From an uncultured Spirochaetota bacterium (GTDB lineage Bacteria > Spirochaetota > Spirochaetia > SZUA-6 > Fen-1364), in contig CAWGAA010000001.1 of assembly GCA_963820525.1 (NCBI GenBank), forward strand, positions 1,760,001 to 1,824,000: a stretch of 64,000 nt of DNA. Reading direction: 5' to 3'. This document shows, piece by piece, positions 48,903-58,831 of this stretch (the first letter of the stretch is position 1; every line of letters begins with the position of its first letter). The position numbers were made by a program, and so were the translations under genes. Under the pieces are notes generated by a model. It ran no database searches, had not been told where the DNA came from, and saw only the letters and a program-made list of their open reading frames with translations.

Positions 48903-50735
48903 GTGGGCAAGCTTATTCTCACTGTCATCCACAGACCCGAGATGGTTCCCGAGTACCTGGAAAAGGAGGCGGCGCAGGGCAAAAAAGAGGACATCGCCCG
49001 CACAAGCGTCATTTCGGCTTCCCTCGACATCTTCAAGACCCAGCAGAGGATCGCGCACGAAAACGGCCTCAAGACGACAATCCAGATGACGTACGCAAGC
49101 CTCTTCAACGAGGAGGTCGTAGCGCTGGCCAAGGGAGACCACGAGAAATACGGCGACGAGATCGGGCTGACGCTCCTGGGGCTGCCGTGCAAGGAGTTCA
49201 GGGAGAAATACAAGACGAAGGACTTCTGCATCTGGCATTTCTCGATGGAAGACAAAAGAGAGATCGTCACGGACGTATTCGAGAAGTTCAACCAGGTTTT
49301 CGGGTTCTTCCCCGCCTCCACAGGCTCCTATTATCTGGACGCCGAGCTCGTGCGATTCATCAAGGAGAAGTACCCCATGGTCTCCTGCGCCGTGGCCACC
49401 TGCTGGGAGGAAGGGCCAAAGGCGTATCACAACGCCAACAACTCCTGGTATACGCTGAACGACGGCGGGCCCTGGAACCCCTGGATCCCCTCCCGCTCCA
49501 ACATCCACTGCCCCGCCTCGGGGCCGGCCGACGACAGTGGAATCGTGGCCATCCCGCACCTCTCGCGCGATCTTTTAGCGGTGTTCGACGGGCCGGGCTC
49601 TTTCTATGGAACGCATCCCCAGAACGTGCTGCGCGGGATGGTGTACAAGGACGGCCAGTACCCCTACCTCTTCAACCTCATCGATCAGTACCGCACCCTG
49701 GACAAATACAACAACGGCTTCACCTACAACATGGTCTTCGTCGGGCCCGGATGGATGAGCAAGCAGGGGCGCTGGGAAGCCCCTTACTCCCTTCTGGAAA
49801 AAAGCTACAGCGACTGCATGGCATACTACGGCGAGCTCAAGCGGGCGGGAAACGCCGAAGACATGACGATGAGCCAGTTCGCGGCCTGGTATCGCGGGAA
49901 CAAGACCTACACGGAGCCAACCTGCGCCTTGTGGAAGGACATCCTCTACGGCTCTCGAAAGCAGATCTTCTGGTACCTCGACCCGTACATGAGGACGTGC
50001 GTGGACATGAACCAGGGAGGCGCCCTGGTGGACCTCAGGCCCTACGTCGCCAAGCTGGTGCGTCCCGTTGGAATCGGGACGGCCCACATCTGGGACTGCT
50101 CGTACCCCTTCCTGATCCAGGCCTTCTACCGTGCCGGCTATTTCACGCACTACGCCGGGGAGGGATCCATCAAGAGCTGCAAGGTGAGCTACAAGGGCGA
50201 AGAGATCGATCTCTGCCTCTGCCGCACAAAGGCGCGATATTCAGAGGAAGGGAAAAGCCGGAGGCTGACCCTCGATCCCGTGGATCTCGAGTTCGCCGGC
50301 CTGACCGCCACCCTGGCATCCACCATCACCTTCGCTGAGGATACGGGCGAGATCCGGTTCACCAGGAAGATAACGGCGATGAGCAAGCCCACGGCAGCGG
50401 TCCATATCAACGAGTACATCACCGCCTGCCATGGAACCACCGAGTATCCGGAGGACCTTTCCGGGATCGTCCTGAAATGCGTGGGAAGCGAAGGGGTCAA
50501 GGAGATCGTCTACAAGTACAAGTGCCGTGAAGAGGCCATGAAAAACGTCACAAAAGTGGAGGCCATCGTTCCCCACGTGGACACGCGGGTCTCGCTACTG
50601 CCGGTGAGCGGCGGCATCGGCGGATATTTCAGGGAAGGGTACGCCTTCTCGCCCATGTTCACCCTCGGCCTGACCGGGGAGCTTCGCGCCAACGAGGAGA
50701 TGACGACATGTCTCAGGCTACAAAAGGCAGACTGA
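48903..50735 (+). CDS. Uncharacterised ~610-aa cytoplasmic protein, possible GH57/GH38/deacetylase-type barrel
   Basis: GGAGG RBS; host-like codon usage; 'LKTTIQMTY...DEIGL...FEKFNQVFGFFPASTGSYY' resembles the (beta/alpha)7 barrel pattern. Confidence 0.6.
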   Translation: MGKLILTVIHRPEMVPEYLEKEAAQGKKEDIARTSVISASLDIFKTQQRIAHENGLKTTIQMTYASLFNEEVVALAKGDHEKYGDEIGLTLLGLPCKEFREKYKTKDFCIWHFSMEDKREIVTDVFEKFNQVFGFFPASTGSYYLDAELVRFIKEKYPMVSCAVATCWEEGPKAYHNANNSWYTLNDGGPWNPWIPSRSNIHCPASGPADDSGIVAIPHLSRDLLAVFDGPGSFYGTHPQNVLRGMVYKDGQYPYLFNLIDQYRTLDKYNNGFTYNMVFVGPGWMSKQGRWEAPYSLLEKSYSDCMAYYGELKRAGNAEDMTMSQFAAWYRGNKTYTEPTCALWKDILYGSRKQIFWYLDPYMRTCVDMNQGGALVDLRPYVAKLVRPVGIGTAHIWDCSYPFLIQAFYRAGYFTHYAGEGSIKSCKVSYKGEEIDLCLCRTKARYSEEGKSRRLTLDPVDLEFAGLTATLASTITFAEDTGEIRFTRKITAMSKPTAAVHINEYITACHGTTEYPEDLSGIVLKCVGSEGVKEIVYKYKCREEAMKNVTKVEAIVPHVDTRVSLLPVSGGIGGYFREGYAFSPMFTLGLTGELRANEEMTTCLRLQKAD

Positions 50736-50920
50736 ACTTTCGCTGTCCGGCGTGCTTCGTGAGGGAGATCGACGTCGATATGTTCTACGACAAGGAGAGG
50801 AAGGAGTATTACTGCCTGCGGTGTCCCTTCACGGGCACGGAGGAGGAAGTCCTGAAGCTGAACGAGATGGCCAAGTTCAGGTACAAGAATCTCCTGACAA
50901 GGATTACGGACTTCGACTGA
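50708..50920 (+). CDS. Small zinc-ribbon protein (CxxC...CxxC)
   Basis: 'CPAC' and 'CLRC'; GAGGAG RBS inside the upstream gene; 28-bp overlap. Confidence 0.75.
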   Translation: MSQATKGRLNFRCPACFVREIDVDMFYDKERKEYYCLRCPFTGTEEEVLKLNEMAKFRYKNLLTRITDFD

Positions 50921-50996
50921 GGGGCCGCCGCGAAGCGCGGATGGCGATCTCGCCCTCCCCCCATCGCCCCGATGGACCCTGTTTTTGCGATCTCTC

Positions 50997-53444
50997 ATGT
51001 ATGACGGAAATGCCAGATTGAGACTGAATATCGATTTTGATTGGAAGTTTTTCCAAGGCGACATGAGAGGAGCCGAAAAGCCCGAATATGATGATGCGCT
51101 TTGGAGAGAAACGAACCTGCCTCATGATTGGAGCAGAGAGGGGCTTTTTGACAAGAATAATCCAACCGGAGGCAGCGGGGGCTATCTGCCGGCCGGAATC
51201 GGGTGGTACAGAAAACACTTCAAAGCATCCAAAGCATGGCTCGGGAAAAAGGCGTTCATCGAGTTCGACGGCGTTTATATGAACTGCGACGTCTCCATAA
51301 ACGGAACGCATCTGGGCAGTCATTTCTATGGATATACAAGCTTCTCGTATGACGTTACGCCCTTCCTTAATTTCGGGGAAAAGGAAAATGTCATCTCGCT
51401 CAGAGTGGACAATTCACGACAGCCGAATTCCCGCTGGTACACCGGCTCGGGAATTTACCGGCACGTCTGGCTCGTACTTACCGGGCCCGTTCATATTGGC
51501 CGCTGGGGCACATATGTCGTGATCCCGGAAATGACGGAGGATTTCGCGGTTGTCAGGGCGACGACAACGATCAAGAACGAGTTGTCAGCCGATTGCGAGG
51601 CAGAACTGCATACATATGTCATTGATAGGGAAGACAGGATCGCGGCTTCCGACATATCGGCATTTGAGGCAGGGGCGGGCCGGGACTGCACGGTGGCTCA
51701 GGAAGTCAAAGTCCACGGCCCGCATCCGTGGTCCGTCCATACCCCGTATATGTATGTGCTGAAAAGCGAGATCATTCAGCACGGCAATGTCGTCGACCGA
51801 TATGAAACGCCGTTCGGAATGCGGAAAATAGATTTTGACGCCGACCGCGGCTTCCTCCTCAACAATGAGGCGGTCAAGATAAACGGCGCCTGCCTTCATC
51901 ACGACGGGGGATGCGTGGGGGCCGCCGTCCCGGAAAGGGTGCTCGAAAGAAGGCTGGAGCTGCTCAAGGAAATGGGCTGCAATGCCATCAGGACAAGCCA
52001 CAACCCTCCATCGCCTGAATTGCTGGAAATGTGCGACAGGATGGGATTCCTCGTCATGGACGAGGTTTTTGACGAATGGGCCATACCCAAACTGAAAAAC
52101 GAGGACGACAGGTACGGCTATTGCGAGCATTTCGACGCCGATGCAATCGAAGATTTGAAAAGCATTCTCTATCGGGATAGGAATCATCCAAGCATCATTC
52201 TGTGGAGCGTGGGCAACGAAATACCGGAACAGACAACGCCCGATGGTCCCGGTATTCTCAAGAGACTTGTGGATGTCTGCCATGAAATCGATCCCACAAG
52301 ACCGGTTGCTTCCGCGTGCGACAATATCAAGGCGCAGCCAATGGAAACATCGGACGCCTTCCTCGAGCTTCTGGACGTGGTCGGGTACAACTATGTGAAC
52401 AGGTGGCAGGGAAGAACGGAAACCTTCTATGCGGAGGATCATCACAGGCACCCGCAGCGGAAGGTTATCGGAAGCGAGCACTACTCAACAAGAGGAATAC
52501 GCGGCGATTACAACGACAGGAGAGAAAACAAGGATCCTTTCTGGAAGCCGTACAACACGCGGATGATGATGGCCGAGCATTTATGGAGATTCACCAAGGC
52601 GTACGACTACGTTTCCGGCGATTTCATGTGGACGGGGATCGATTACCTGGGAGAAGCATCCTGGCCTTTCAAGAGCGCGAGCGCGGGCGTGCTGGATACG
52701 TGCGGATTTCCCAAGGACGGGTACTATTTCTATCAAAGCCAATGGACCGACAAACCGGTGCTCCACCTTTTTCCGCATTGGACCTGGAAGGGCTTGGAAG
52801 GGAAGGTGATGCCGGTGCTCTGTTATACGAATTGCGCCAGCGTTGAATTGTTCCTGAACGGCAGATCTTTCGGCGTAAAAAGCTATGAGTTCCCCAGGCA
52901 GGGAATGACGGAGCGCTACCTGCATTTTGACAGGCCGTATGTCGACGTGACGACGTCGGATCTGCATCTTGCGTGGGATGTGCCCTATGAGCCGGGTGAG
53001 CTTGAGGCCGTAGGCACAAGAAACGGAACCGTCATATGCGAAAGAACCATTATGACGGCGGGAGACCCTGCGGGGATTGAGCTGGCTGCAGACAGAAAGA
53101 CCGTTTTTTCGGACGGCAGGGACGTATGCCACATCACCGTGAGAGTGACTGACGACAAGGGCAACCTCTGTCCCTGCGCGGACAATCTCATTCACTTCAG
53201 GATTGAGGGCGAAGGAAGGCTCATAGGAGTGGACAACGGAAAACCCGACAGCCATGAAAGCTTCCGGGTCGAGTACAGGAAAGCCTTCAACGGGCTTTGC
53301 CTCGCGATCGTGCAATCGACAAGCAATCCGGGAGAGATTTCAGTCCATGCTTCCTCGGATGGACTTGCCCCGGATTCTCTCGGCATTGCAAGCAGTCGAA
53401 ACCCGGGCGATTTTGACAATTGGCCAACGGAGGATGCTTCTTGA
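50997..53444 (+). CDS. GH2 beta-galactosidase-like glycoside hydrolase
   Basis: 'LPHDWS', 'FDGVY', 'SRWYTGSGIYRHV', 'CNAIRTSHNPP', 'DRNHPSIILWSVGNE', 'WTGIDYLGE', 'GVDNG'. Confidence 0.92.
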   Translation: MYDGNARLRLNIDFDWKFFQGDMRGAEKPEYDDALWRETNLPHDWSREGLFDKNNPTGGSGGYLPAGIGWYRKHFKASKAWLGKKAFIEFDGVYMNCDVSINGTHLGSHFYGYTSFSYDVTPFLNFGEKENVISLRVDNSRQPNSRWYTGSGIYRHVWLVLTGPVHIGRWGTYVVIPEMTEDFAVVRATTTIKNELSADCEAELHTYVIDREDRIAASDISAFEAGAGRDCTVAQEVKVHGPHPWSVHTPYMYVLKSEIIQHGNVVDRYETPFGMRKIDFDADRGFLLNNEAVKINGACLHHDGGCVGAAVPERVLERRLELLKEMGCNAIRTSHNPPSPELLEMCDRMGFLVMDEVFDEWAIPKLKNEDDRYGYCEHFDADAIEDLKSILYRDRNHPSIILWSVGNEIPEQTTPDGPGILKRLVDVCHEIDPTRPVASACDNIKAQPMETSDAFLELLDVVGYNYVNRWQGRTETFYAEDHHRHPQRKVIGSEHYSTRGIRGDYNDRRENKDPFWKPYNTRMMMAEHLWRFTKAYDYVSGDFMWTGIDYLGEASWPFKSASAGVLDTCGFPKDGYYFYQSQWTDKPVLHLFPHWTWKGLEGKVMPVLCYTNCASVELFLNGRSFGVKSYEFPRQGMTERYLHFDRPYVDVTTSDLHLAWDVPYEPGELEAVGTRNGTVICERTIMTAGDPAGIELAADRKTVFSDGRDVCHITVRVTDDKGNLCPCADNLIHFRIEGEGRLIGVDNGKPDSHESFRVEYRKAFNGLCLAIVQSTSNPGEISVHASSDGLAPDSLGIASSRNPGDFDNWPTEDAS

Positions 53445-55771
53445 TACGACCCTTCTTGATGAAAAAGGATATGACCTTCCACGGCGCGTTGGATTTCAGT
53501 TTCCTGCTGGACGCGCCCGCGGGCAAGAACGGCTTTGTCACAATAAGAGACGGCCACTTTTATGCGGGGGAGAAGCGGTTGCGTTTTTACGGCTTCAACA
53601 TTCCCTTCGGCGCTCCCTTTTCTCCCAAATATGACGCAGAGGTGATGGCGGAGCGCCTTTCCAAAGCCGGCGTTAATTTTGCCCGGATTCATGCCGTGGA
53701 TTCCAGGGCGCGCAGCGGCGCCCACCTGCTCATCGACTATTCAAAGGGCAATTCCCGGAATTTCGTCCCTGAGCAGTGGGACAAGCTGGATTACATGCTT
53801 CACTGCCTCAAACAGAGGGGCATCTATATTCAGCTCGACCTTTTCTGCTATCGCGGTTTCCTGCCGGCCGACGGCTTGGACTACCCGGACGACATGATGA
53901 AATACTTCAAGCAGGCCAACGTTTTCAACCGGCGGCTTATAGAGCTGCAAAAGGAATATGCCAAGCAATACTTGACACACCGCAACCCATACACCGGGCT
54001 GCGATATGTAGATGACCCTGCAGTGGCCCTGGTCCAGGTCATGAACGAAGACGGCATATTCTGGTACGAGGGGCGGGACGATATTGGGCTGCCGTCATAC
54101 CGGAAAGAATTGGAAGGAAGGTTCAACTGCTACCTGCTTGCCAAATACGGTTCCAGAAAGGCGCTCGATCTGGCATGGACAAAGGACGACGGCACCCGCT
54201 GCCTGCTTGAAGATGAGGACCCGGTGGACGGGACCGTAAGGAGGCTGCCCCATTTGGAGGGCACGCAGATGTATGTGGACTGGAATGCCGGCTACCGGGG
54301 AATGGAATCCCCGGTCCGTTACGCGGACTATACGGAGTTCCTCACACGGGTGCAGTTGGACTTCAGCCGGGAGATGCGGGATTATCTTGTCTGGCTGGGC
54401 GTGAAATGTCCCATCAATATATCCAACCATGCCCAGGGCGCCGCCGATATATACAGCCTCGACAGGTATGCCGACGTCAACATGGACAACGCCTACTGGA
54501 ACCACCCAGATACGGTACGGCAGGACAGGCCGCGCTACCACGACATGAACATGGTGGAAACCGATCCGCGCAGGACGGTCGTGGACAGCCCGTTCAAGCT
54601 CAACCTCGTCACACGGCTCAACCACGACAGGGTTGCGGGAAAACCCTTCGTTGCCGGCGAGTGGAACATCCTGTACGGGACCGACTTCAGAAGCGACGCA
54701 CTGCCCATGGTGGCGGCCTATGCCGGTCTCCAGGATTGGGACGGCATGGTGCTCTATGCCTATCACCACGCCGACGCCATGGAGAAGTACGACGATTCGA
54801 AGCTGGACGCCCCGTTCAACCTGTATAACGACCCGGCCGTCTGGGGTCAGGTGGGACTCTGTTCCTTTCTGTTTCAGAAAATGCTTGTGCGCCCCGGCCG
54901 CAACCGCCTCGAGGTATGCTACTCGGAGCGCGACCTGTACGCCGTGCCCCGCAGCTGGATCGCCCCGTATGGCTATGCCTGTTATGTATCCCAGGTCGCC
55001 GCCGCCTTCATAGGCCTGAAATATGCGGGGAACGCCGATGTCGCGCTGGCAAGCGGTAATACCCCCACCGGCGATTATACGGGCGTGAAGCGCGCCCTGG
55101 TGTTCTCCAGAAGCCGTTACAGGGACGGCGCGGAGAAGTACGAAGGAATCAAGGGCTTTCTTGAAAAGCATCGCCGCGCGGGTGACGCCCTCGAGGTGAT
55201 CGAAGACGGCGGCAGCATCGATTCCGATTACAAGAATTATTCGAAAATACTCGACGCGGCGTTGAAGAAATGGGGCCTTTTGAGCGCCGGTCAGGGGCTC
55301 GTGGACGACAAGAAGCTTGTTTCAGACACCGGAGAGCTGGAATTCGATTTCACCAGGGGCGTATTCCGCATTCATGCGCCGCAAGTCAAGACGATATCGG
55401 GCAACATAAAAGGAAGCGTTTCACTGGGTGAATACGGCTTCGATGTGGAAAACGAGCGGATGACGATAACTCTTTTGTCGCTGGACGGCCGGGACACGGA
55501 CCGTTCGAAGCACGTGCTGCTCGTTGCGCTGGGATGGTGCGGCAATCTGGGCATGAAGTTCGAAAAACAGGACGATGGCAGCCGTGTTTTAACAGACGAC
55601 GGGCACGGCCCCGTATCGATCGATACCCTCGAGGGCTCCATGAAGGCGCCGGGCCCGATCGCGGTCTATCCGCTCAATCCCGACGGCAGCCGCAATCCAC
55701 CGCTTTCAGGGCATGATGCATTCAGGTTCGGAGAGGAGGGCACCATGTTCTATGAACTGGAAGCGCGGTAG
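53441..55771 (+). CDS. Clan GH-A glycoside hydrolase (GH5/GH148-like)
   Basis: GGAGG RBS then TTG overlapping the GH2 stop; 'RFYGFN', 'GVNFARIH', 'H.NPYTGL.Y.DDPA', acid/base 'MNE', nucleophile 'GEWN', 'LQDWDG'. Confidence 0.8.
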   Translation: MIRPFLMKKDMTFHGALDFSFLLDAPAGKNGFVTIRDGHFYAGEKRLRFYGFNIPFGAPFSPKYDAEVMAERLSKAGVNFARIHAVDSRARSGAHLLIDYSKGNSRNFVPEQWDKLDYMLHCLKQRGIYIQLDLFCYRGFLPADGLDYPDDMMKYFKQANVFNRRLIELQKEYAKQYLTHRNPYTGLRYVDDPAVALVQVMNEDGIFWYEGRDDIGLPSYRKELEGRFNCYLLAKYGSRKALDLAWTKDDGTRCLLEDEDPVDGTVRRLPHLEGTQMYVDWNAGYRGMESPVRYADYTEFLTRVQLDFSREMRDYLVWLGVKCPINISNHAQGAADIYSLDRYADVNMDNAYWNHPDTVRQDRPRYHDMNMVETDPRRTVVDSPFKLNLVTRLNHDRVAGKPFVAGEWNILYGTDFRSDALPMVAAYAGLQDWDGMVLYAYHHADAMEKYDDSKLDAPFNLYNDPAVWGQVGLCSFLFQKMLVRPGRNRLEVCYSERDLYAVPRSWIAPYGYACYVSQVAAAFIGLKYAGNADVALASGNTPTGDYTGVKRALVFSRSRYRDGAEKYEGIKGFLEKHRRAGDALEVIEDGGSIDSDYKNYSKILDAALKKWGLLSAGQGLVDDKKLVSDTGELEFDFTRGVFRIHAPQVKTISGNIKGSVSLGEYGFDVENERMTITLLSLDGRDTDRSKHVLLVALGWCGNLGMKFEKQDDGSRVLTDDGHGPVSIDTLEGSMKAPGPIAVYPLNPDGSRNPPLSGHDAFRFGEEGTMFYELEAR

Positions 55772-55801
55772 CCACCCTCTTTTTCGAGCGACAGCCCCCG
55801 C

Positions 55802-56314
55802 CTATCTGTCCTCGCCTTCAGATGACGTCAGGTTCTTCCGGGAGGGCAGGAACTCGGGGAATTCGAACTCGATGAGGCCGTCCCTGGTCACGTTCATGAC
55901 GGCATGCCCTTCTTTCGTCATCCGCTCGAGAAGGCCTTGAGCTTCCTTTATTGTCAGGCTGGTGCGCAGGGCCGCCTTGGCGGGAGTGATCCTGCCGTTC
56001 TGCTCCTCCGCCGCCCGGAGGATCTGCTTTTCAGCTTCCATCTCCTTCTGCTGGGCGGTGGTCTTGGCCTCCCGCGGCTTTGTCAGCAGCCTTCCCAACC
56101 CACCGAGCAGCGGCATGACGCCGGCGAACATCATCGGAAACGCCCACCACCACTCGCCGGAGCCCGCCCTGGTCAGCAGGAGCCCGCCGAAGACGAGCGT
56201 GCAGGCTGAGCCGAAGATGATCGACTCGATGGGCGTTCTGTTTCTTCTATCTCCCGGCCCGCGGTGCCTGCGCCAACCTTCCTCATTCCAGCCATTCCAG
56301 TCGCGATGGGACAT
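55802..56314 (-). CDS. Hypothetical 2-TM protein with C-terminal winged-helix-like region
   Basis: Two hydrophobic helices, then 'ILRAAEEQNGRIT...LTIKEAQGLLE.M..EG'; TTGACT-N18-TACTAT promoter just upstream. Confidence 0.6.
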   Translation of the reverse strand: MSHRDWNGWNEEGWRRHRGPGDRRNRTPIESIIFGSACTLVFGGLLLTRAGSGEWWWAFPMMFAGVMPLLGGLGRLLTKPREAKTTAQQKEMEAEKQILRAAEEQNGRITPAKAALRTSLTIKEAQGLLERMTKEGHAVMNVTRDGLIEFEFPEFLPSRKNLTSSEGEDR

Positions 56315-56405
56315 GAAAATATAGTAGCCGTTCGCAACTCCTTAAGTCAACGCACGAGAAAGGGCCGCAATGAGGAGCGCCCACGGGAGCGGTTTCGGCC
56401 GCTCC

Positions 56406-58754
56406 TCATCGGGTCCCCGCCTCCATCTCGACGACCACTTCCCGCTCCACGATCGCGGTGATCGACCGTATCTCGGCAACCTCCCTGCCGATGAGCTCCC
56501 GCTGGAGCGCCATCGCGGACTCGCGGAACACGACCGTGCCCTCTCGGCGCGGCGTTACGTGCACAGAGATCCCTTTCTCCTCGATGGCCGGCCTGAAGCG
56601 CTCAAGCCCTATTTCCCAGGGCTCGCCGTTGGAGAAATCGTCGGCGACCAGGCGGCCGTCGATGAACGCGCTGCCCACGTCGCCCTCGTACTCGATGGAA
56701 AGGAATATCTCTTTCACCCCGTCGAAGGCGCCGGCCGCGAGCCTTACCTCGGTGTCCGCGTCGTTGGGCTTCGTCACCCCCAGGTCGATAGTCCGTGCGG
56801 GAAGCCCGATGGAGTAGCGGGTGAAGTCTCCATCAGGAGCGGACTGGAGCCGTGCGCCCATCGCCGCAAGCGGCATCTCCGCCGCGGGCAGGACGAGAAG
56901 CTCGACGCGGCGCGCCGACGAGCCGCGAAGAATGAGCCTGAGCGCGCCTTCGCTCTCGTACACATCCGCATCGGTGATGATTGCCCGCTCGCGCCCCCAG
57001 ATGCGAAGCCTGGAGAACCCAAGAGACTGGATCTCAGTCAGGGTATGGAACACGACACGGGCGCCGGTTTTCACGGTAATCGCGAACGCGCTCCGGCCGG
57101 AAACCCGGGGCTGAAGGAAAATGAGCCCTCGCTCCTCCCTCCGGCCGCACCCTTCGCGTTCTACAGACGTGATGCCGCTCATCTCGAAGCAGTACTCGGC
57201 GGGAATCCCCTCATGCTCGAAGGAAAAACAGTGCGTCGTCCCGTCCGCTTCAAGGAGCGCCATGGGCTGGGCCGTCGAGTACCTCATCCGGGCCCCGCCA
57301 ACTTCCAGGTTGAACGGCATGACGGCACAGGCGCCGCTCTTGAGAGTGAAGCCGCCTGTGCTCGGAACGCGCAATGACCCGCTCGCGAGCCCCACATCGA
57401 CCGCGACATGAGGGTGGTCCTTCGTTTCGAGATGATCCTGGAAATTGTTGAAGAAGAGGAAGCCTGAATCGCCGGACGCCCTCACGGCGAAGCGCAGGGT
57501 ATCGACGTCCCGCGGATCGAGATCGCCCGCGCAATCCGGGAGGACCGTCCGCATCGGGGCCAGTCGCTTTCCGAATTCATGGAGGAAAAGGTGAAGCCTC
57601 CTGAGCCTCCGGTACGACTCACGGACCTGCCCAAATTCGCCGAGGGGCGCCTGGAAATCGTACGAAACCCGAGGAACCACGTGCTCGTTAAGGAATCCGT
57701 GCCTGCCCGCCGTTTGCGACCCCCCATGGAACATGTAGTAGCCCAGCATCGAGCAGCCGCCCGCCAGCTTCACCAGCGCCATCGCCTCCACGCACTGCGG
57801 CGCGGCCACCGCCCGATAGCGATACCACGATTGCATGCCGCCGCCGATCTCGCAGCAGGCGAAGGGCATCGAGGCGGGGTCATAGGGAGGGTCGAAATTG
57901 TCGTACCTGCGGTCCGAGCCGTGAAAGTCGCGAAAGAGAAACTCCCTTGTCGGGGCGTGAATAGGTGTCGATTCGGTCACGTTCCACGGGCAGAATGCGT
58001 AGCCGCCGTAGAGCGGAAGGATCTCGCCTTCCAGGATGGGGGCGCCTCCCCAGCCGGTGCACGCATAGATGGGCGCCAGAAGGCTGGCCTCCAGGGCCAG
58101 GCGCTTGAGGATGCGCATGTGCTCAATTCCGCCCGTGCCGGTCGTCACGTACTCCAGGCAGAGCCTCGGCGTAGTTTCCCAGGGCGCGGCGGCGTGCATG
58201 AACTCGTTCTCCAGCTGCACCCCGATAATGGGGCCGGAGTCCTTGAAGAAAAGCCCCGCGAGCTGCCGCCCGATCTCCATGTAGAGCCTGCGGGTCAGAT
58301 CCAGGTAGCGCGGGTGATTGGATCGGACCGGGAATGGCCTCCCGTACAGCCAGTCGGGAAGCCCGCCGTTTCTCGCTTCCCCGTGACCGAAGGGTCCGAC
58401 GCGCACAATGACGTACAGGCCGATCTGCCCGCAAAGCTCCACGAAGCTGCGAAGGTCGCGGTCCCCGGACCAGTCGAAGACCCCCTCCTCTTCCTCGTGA
58501 TGATTCCAGAATATGTAGGTCGAAACGACGTCCACCCCGCATGCCTTCATTTTCTGTAGCTCGTCGCGCCAATACCGCCTCGGGTATCGGCAGTAGTGCA
58601 TCTCGCCGCAGGCGATGAGCCACGGCTCCCCGTTGAACGTGATGTATGCATTGGTAAAGCCGATGGAGTCGCCCTTGGGGCTCGACCCGCCCAGCAAGGG
58701 CAGGGCGGGCTTTATCCCGGGGCCTTTCCCCGTGAGATCGATCGTGTGCGTCAT
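56406..58754 (-). CDS. GH35 beta-galactosidase
   Basis: 'GEMHYCR', 'TYIFWNHHE', 'RVGPF.HGE..NGGLPDW', 'QLENE', 'CEIGGG', 'YYMFHGG', 'SYDFQAPLGE'. Confidence 0.92.
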   Translation of the reverse strand: MTHTIDLTGKGPGIKPALPLLGGSSPKGDSIGFTNAYITFNGEPWLIACGEMHYCRYPRRYWRDELQKMKACGVDVVSTYIFWNHHEEEEGVFDWSGDRDLRSFVELCGQIGLYVIVRVGPFGHGEARNGGLPDWLYGRPFPVRSNHPRYLDLTRRLYMEIGRQLAGLFFKDSGPIIGVQLENEFMHAAAPWETTPRLCLEYVTTGTGGIEHMRILKRLALEASLLAPIYACTGWGGAPILEGEILPLYGGYAFCPWNVTESTPIHAPTREFLFRDFHGSDRRYDNFDPPYDPASMPFACCEIGGGMQSWYRYRAVAAPQCVEAMALVKLAGGCSMLGYYMFHGGSQTAGRHGFLNEHVVPRVSYDFQAPLGEFGQVRESYRRLRRLHLFLHEFGKRLAPMRTVLPDCAGDLDPRDVDTLRFAVRASGDSGFLFFNNFQDHLETKDHPHVAVDVGLASGSLRVPSTGGFTLKSGACAVMPFNLEVGGARMRYSTAQPMALLEADGTTHCFSFEHEGIPAEYCFEMSGITSVEREGCGRREERGLIFLQPRVSGRSAFAITVKTGARVVFHTLTEIQSLGFSRLRIWGRERAIITDADVYESEGALRLILRGSSARRVELLVLPAAEMPLAAMGARLQSAPDGDFTRYSIGLPARTIDLGVTKPNDADTEVRLAAGAFDGVKEIFLSIEYEGDVGSAFIDGRLVADDFSNGEPWEIGLERFRPAIEEKGISVHVTPRREGTVVFRESAMALQRELIGREVAEIRSITAIVEREVVVEMEAGTR

Positions 58755-58769
58755 GTTCTTCCCTAAAAG

Positions 58770-58799
58770 AGGGAAAGCCGCCTCGCGGCGGCTTTCCCT
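58770..58799. terminator. Stem-loop after the binding-protein gene
   Basis: AGGGAAAGCCGCC-TCGC-GGCGGCTTTCCCT, 13-bp stem followed by a T run on the minus strand. Confidence 0.7.
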
Positions 58800-58831
58800 T
58801 GATCTGGTATCTCCGATTCAGAAATGTGGAG

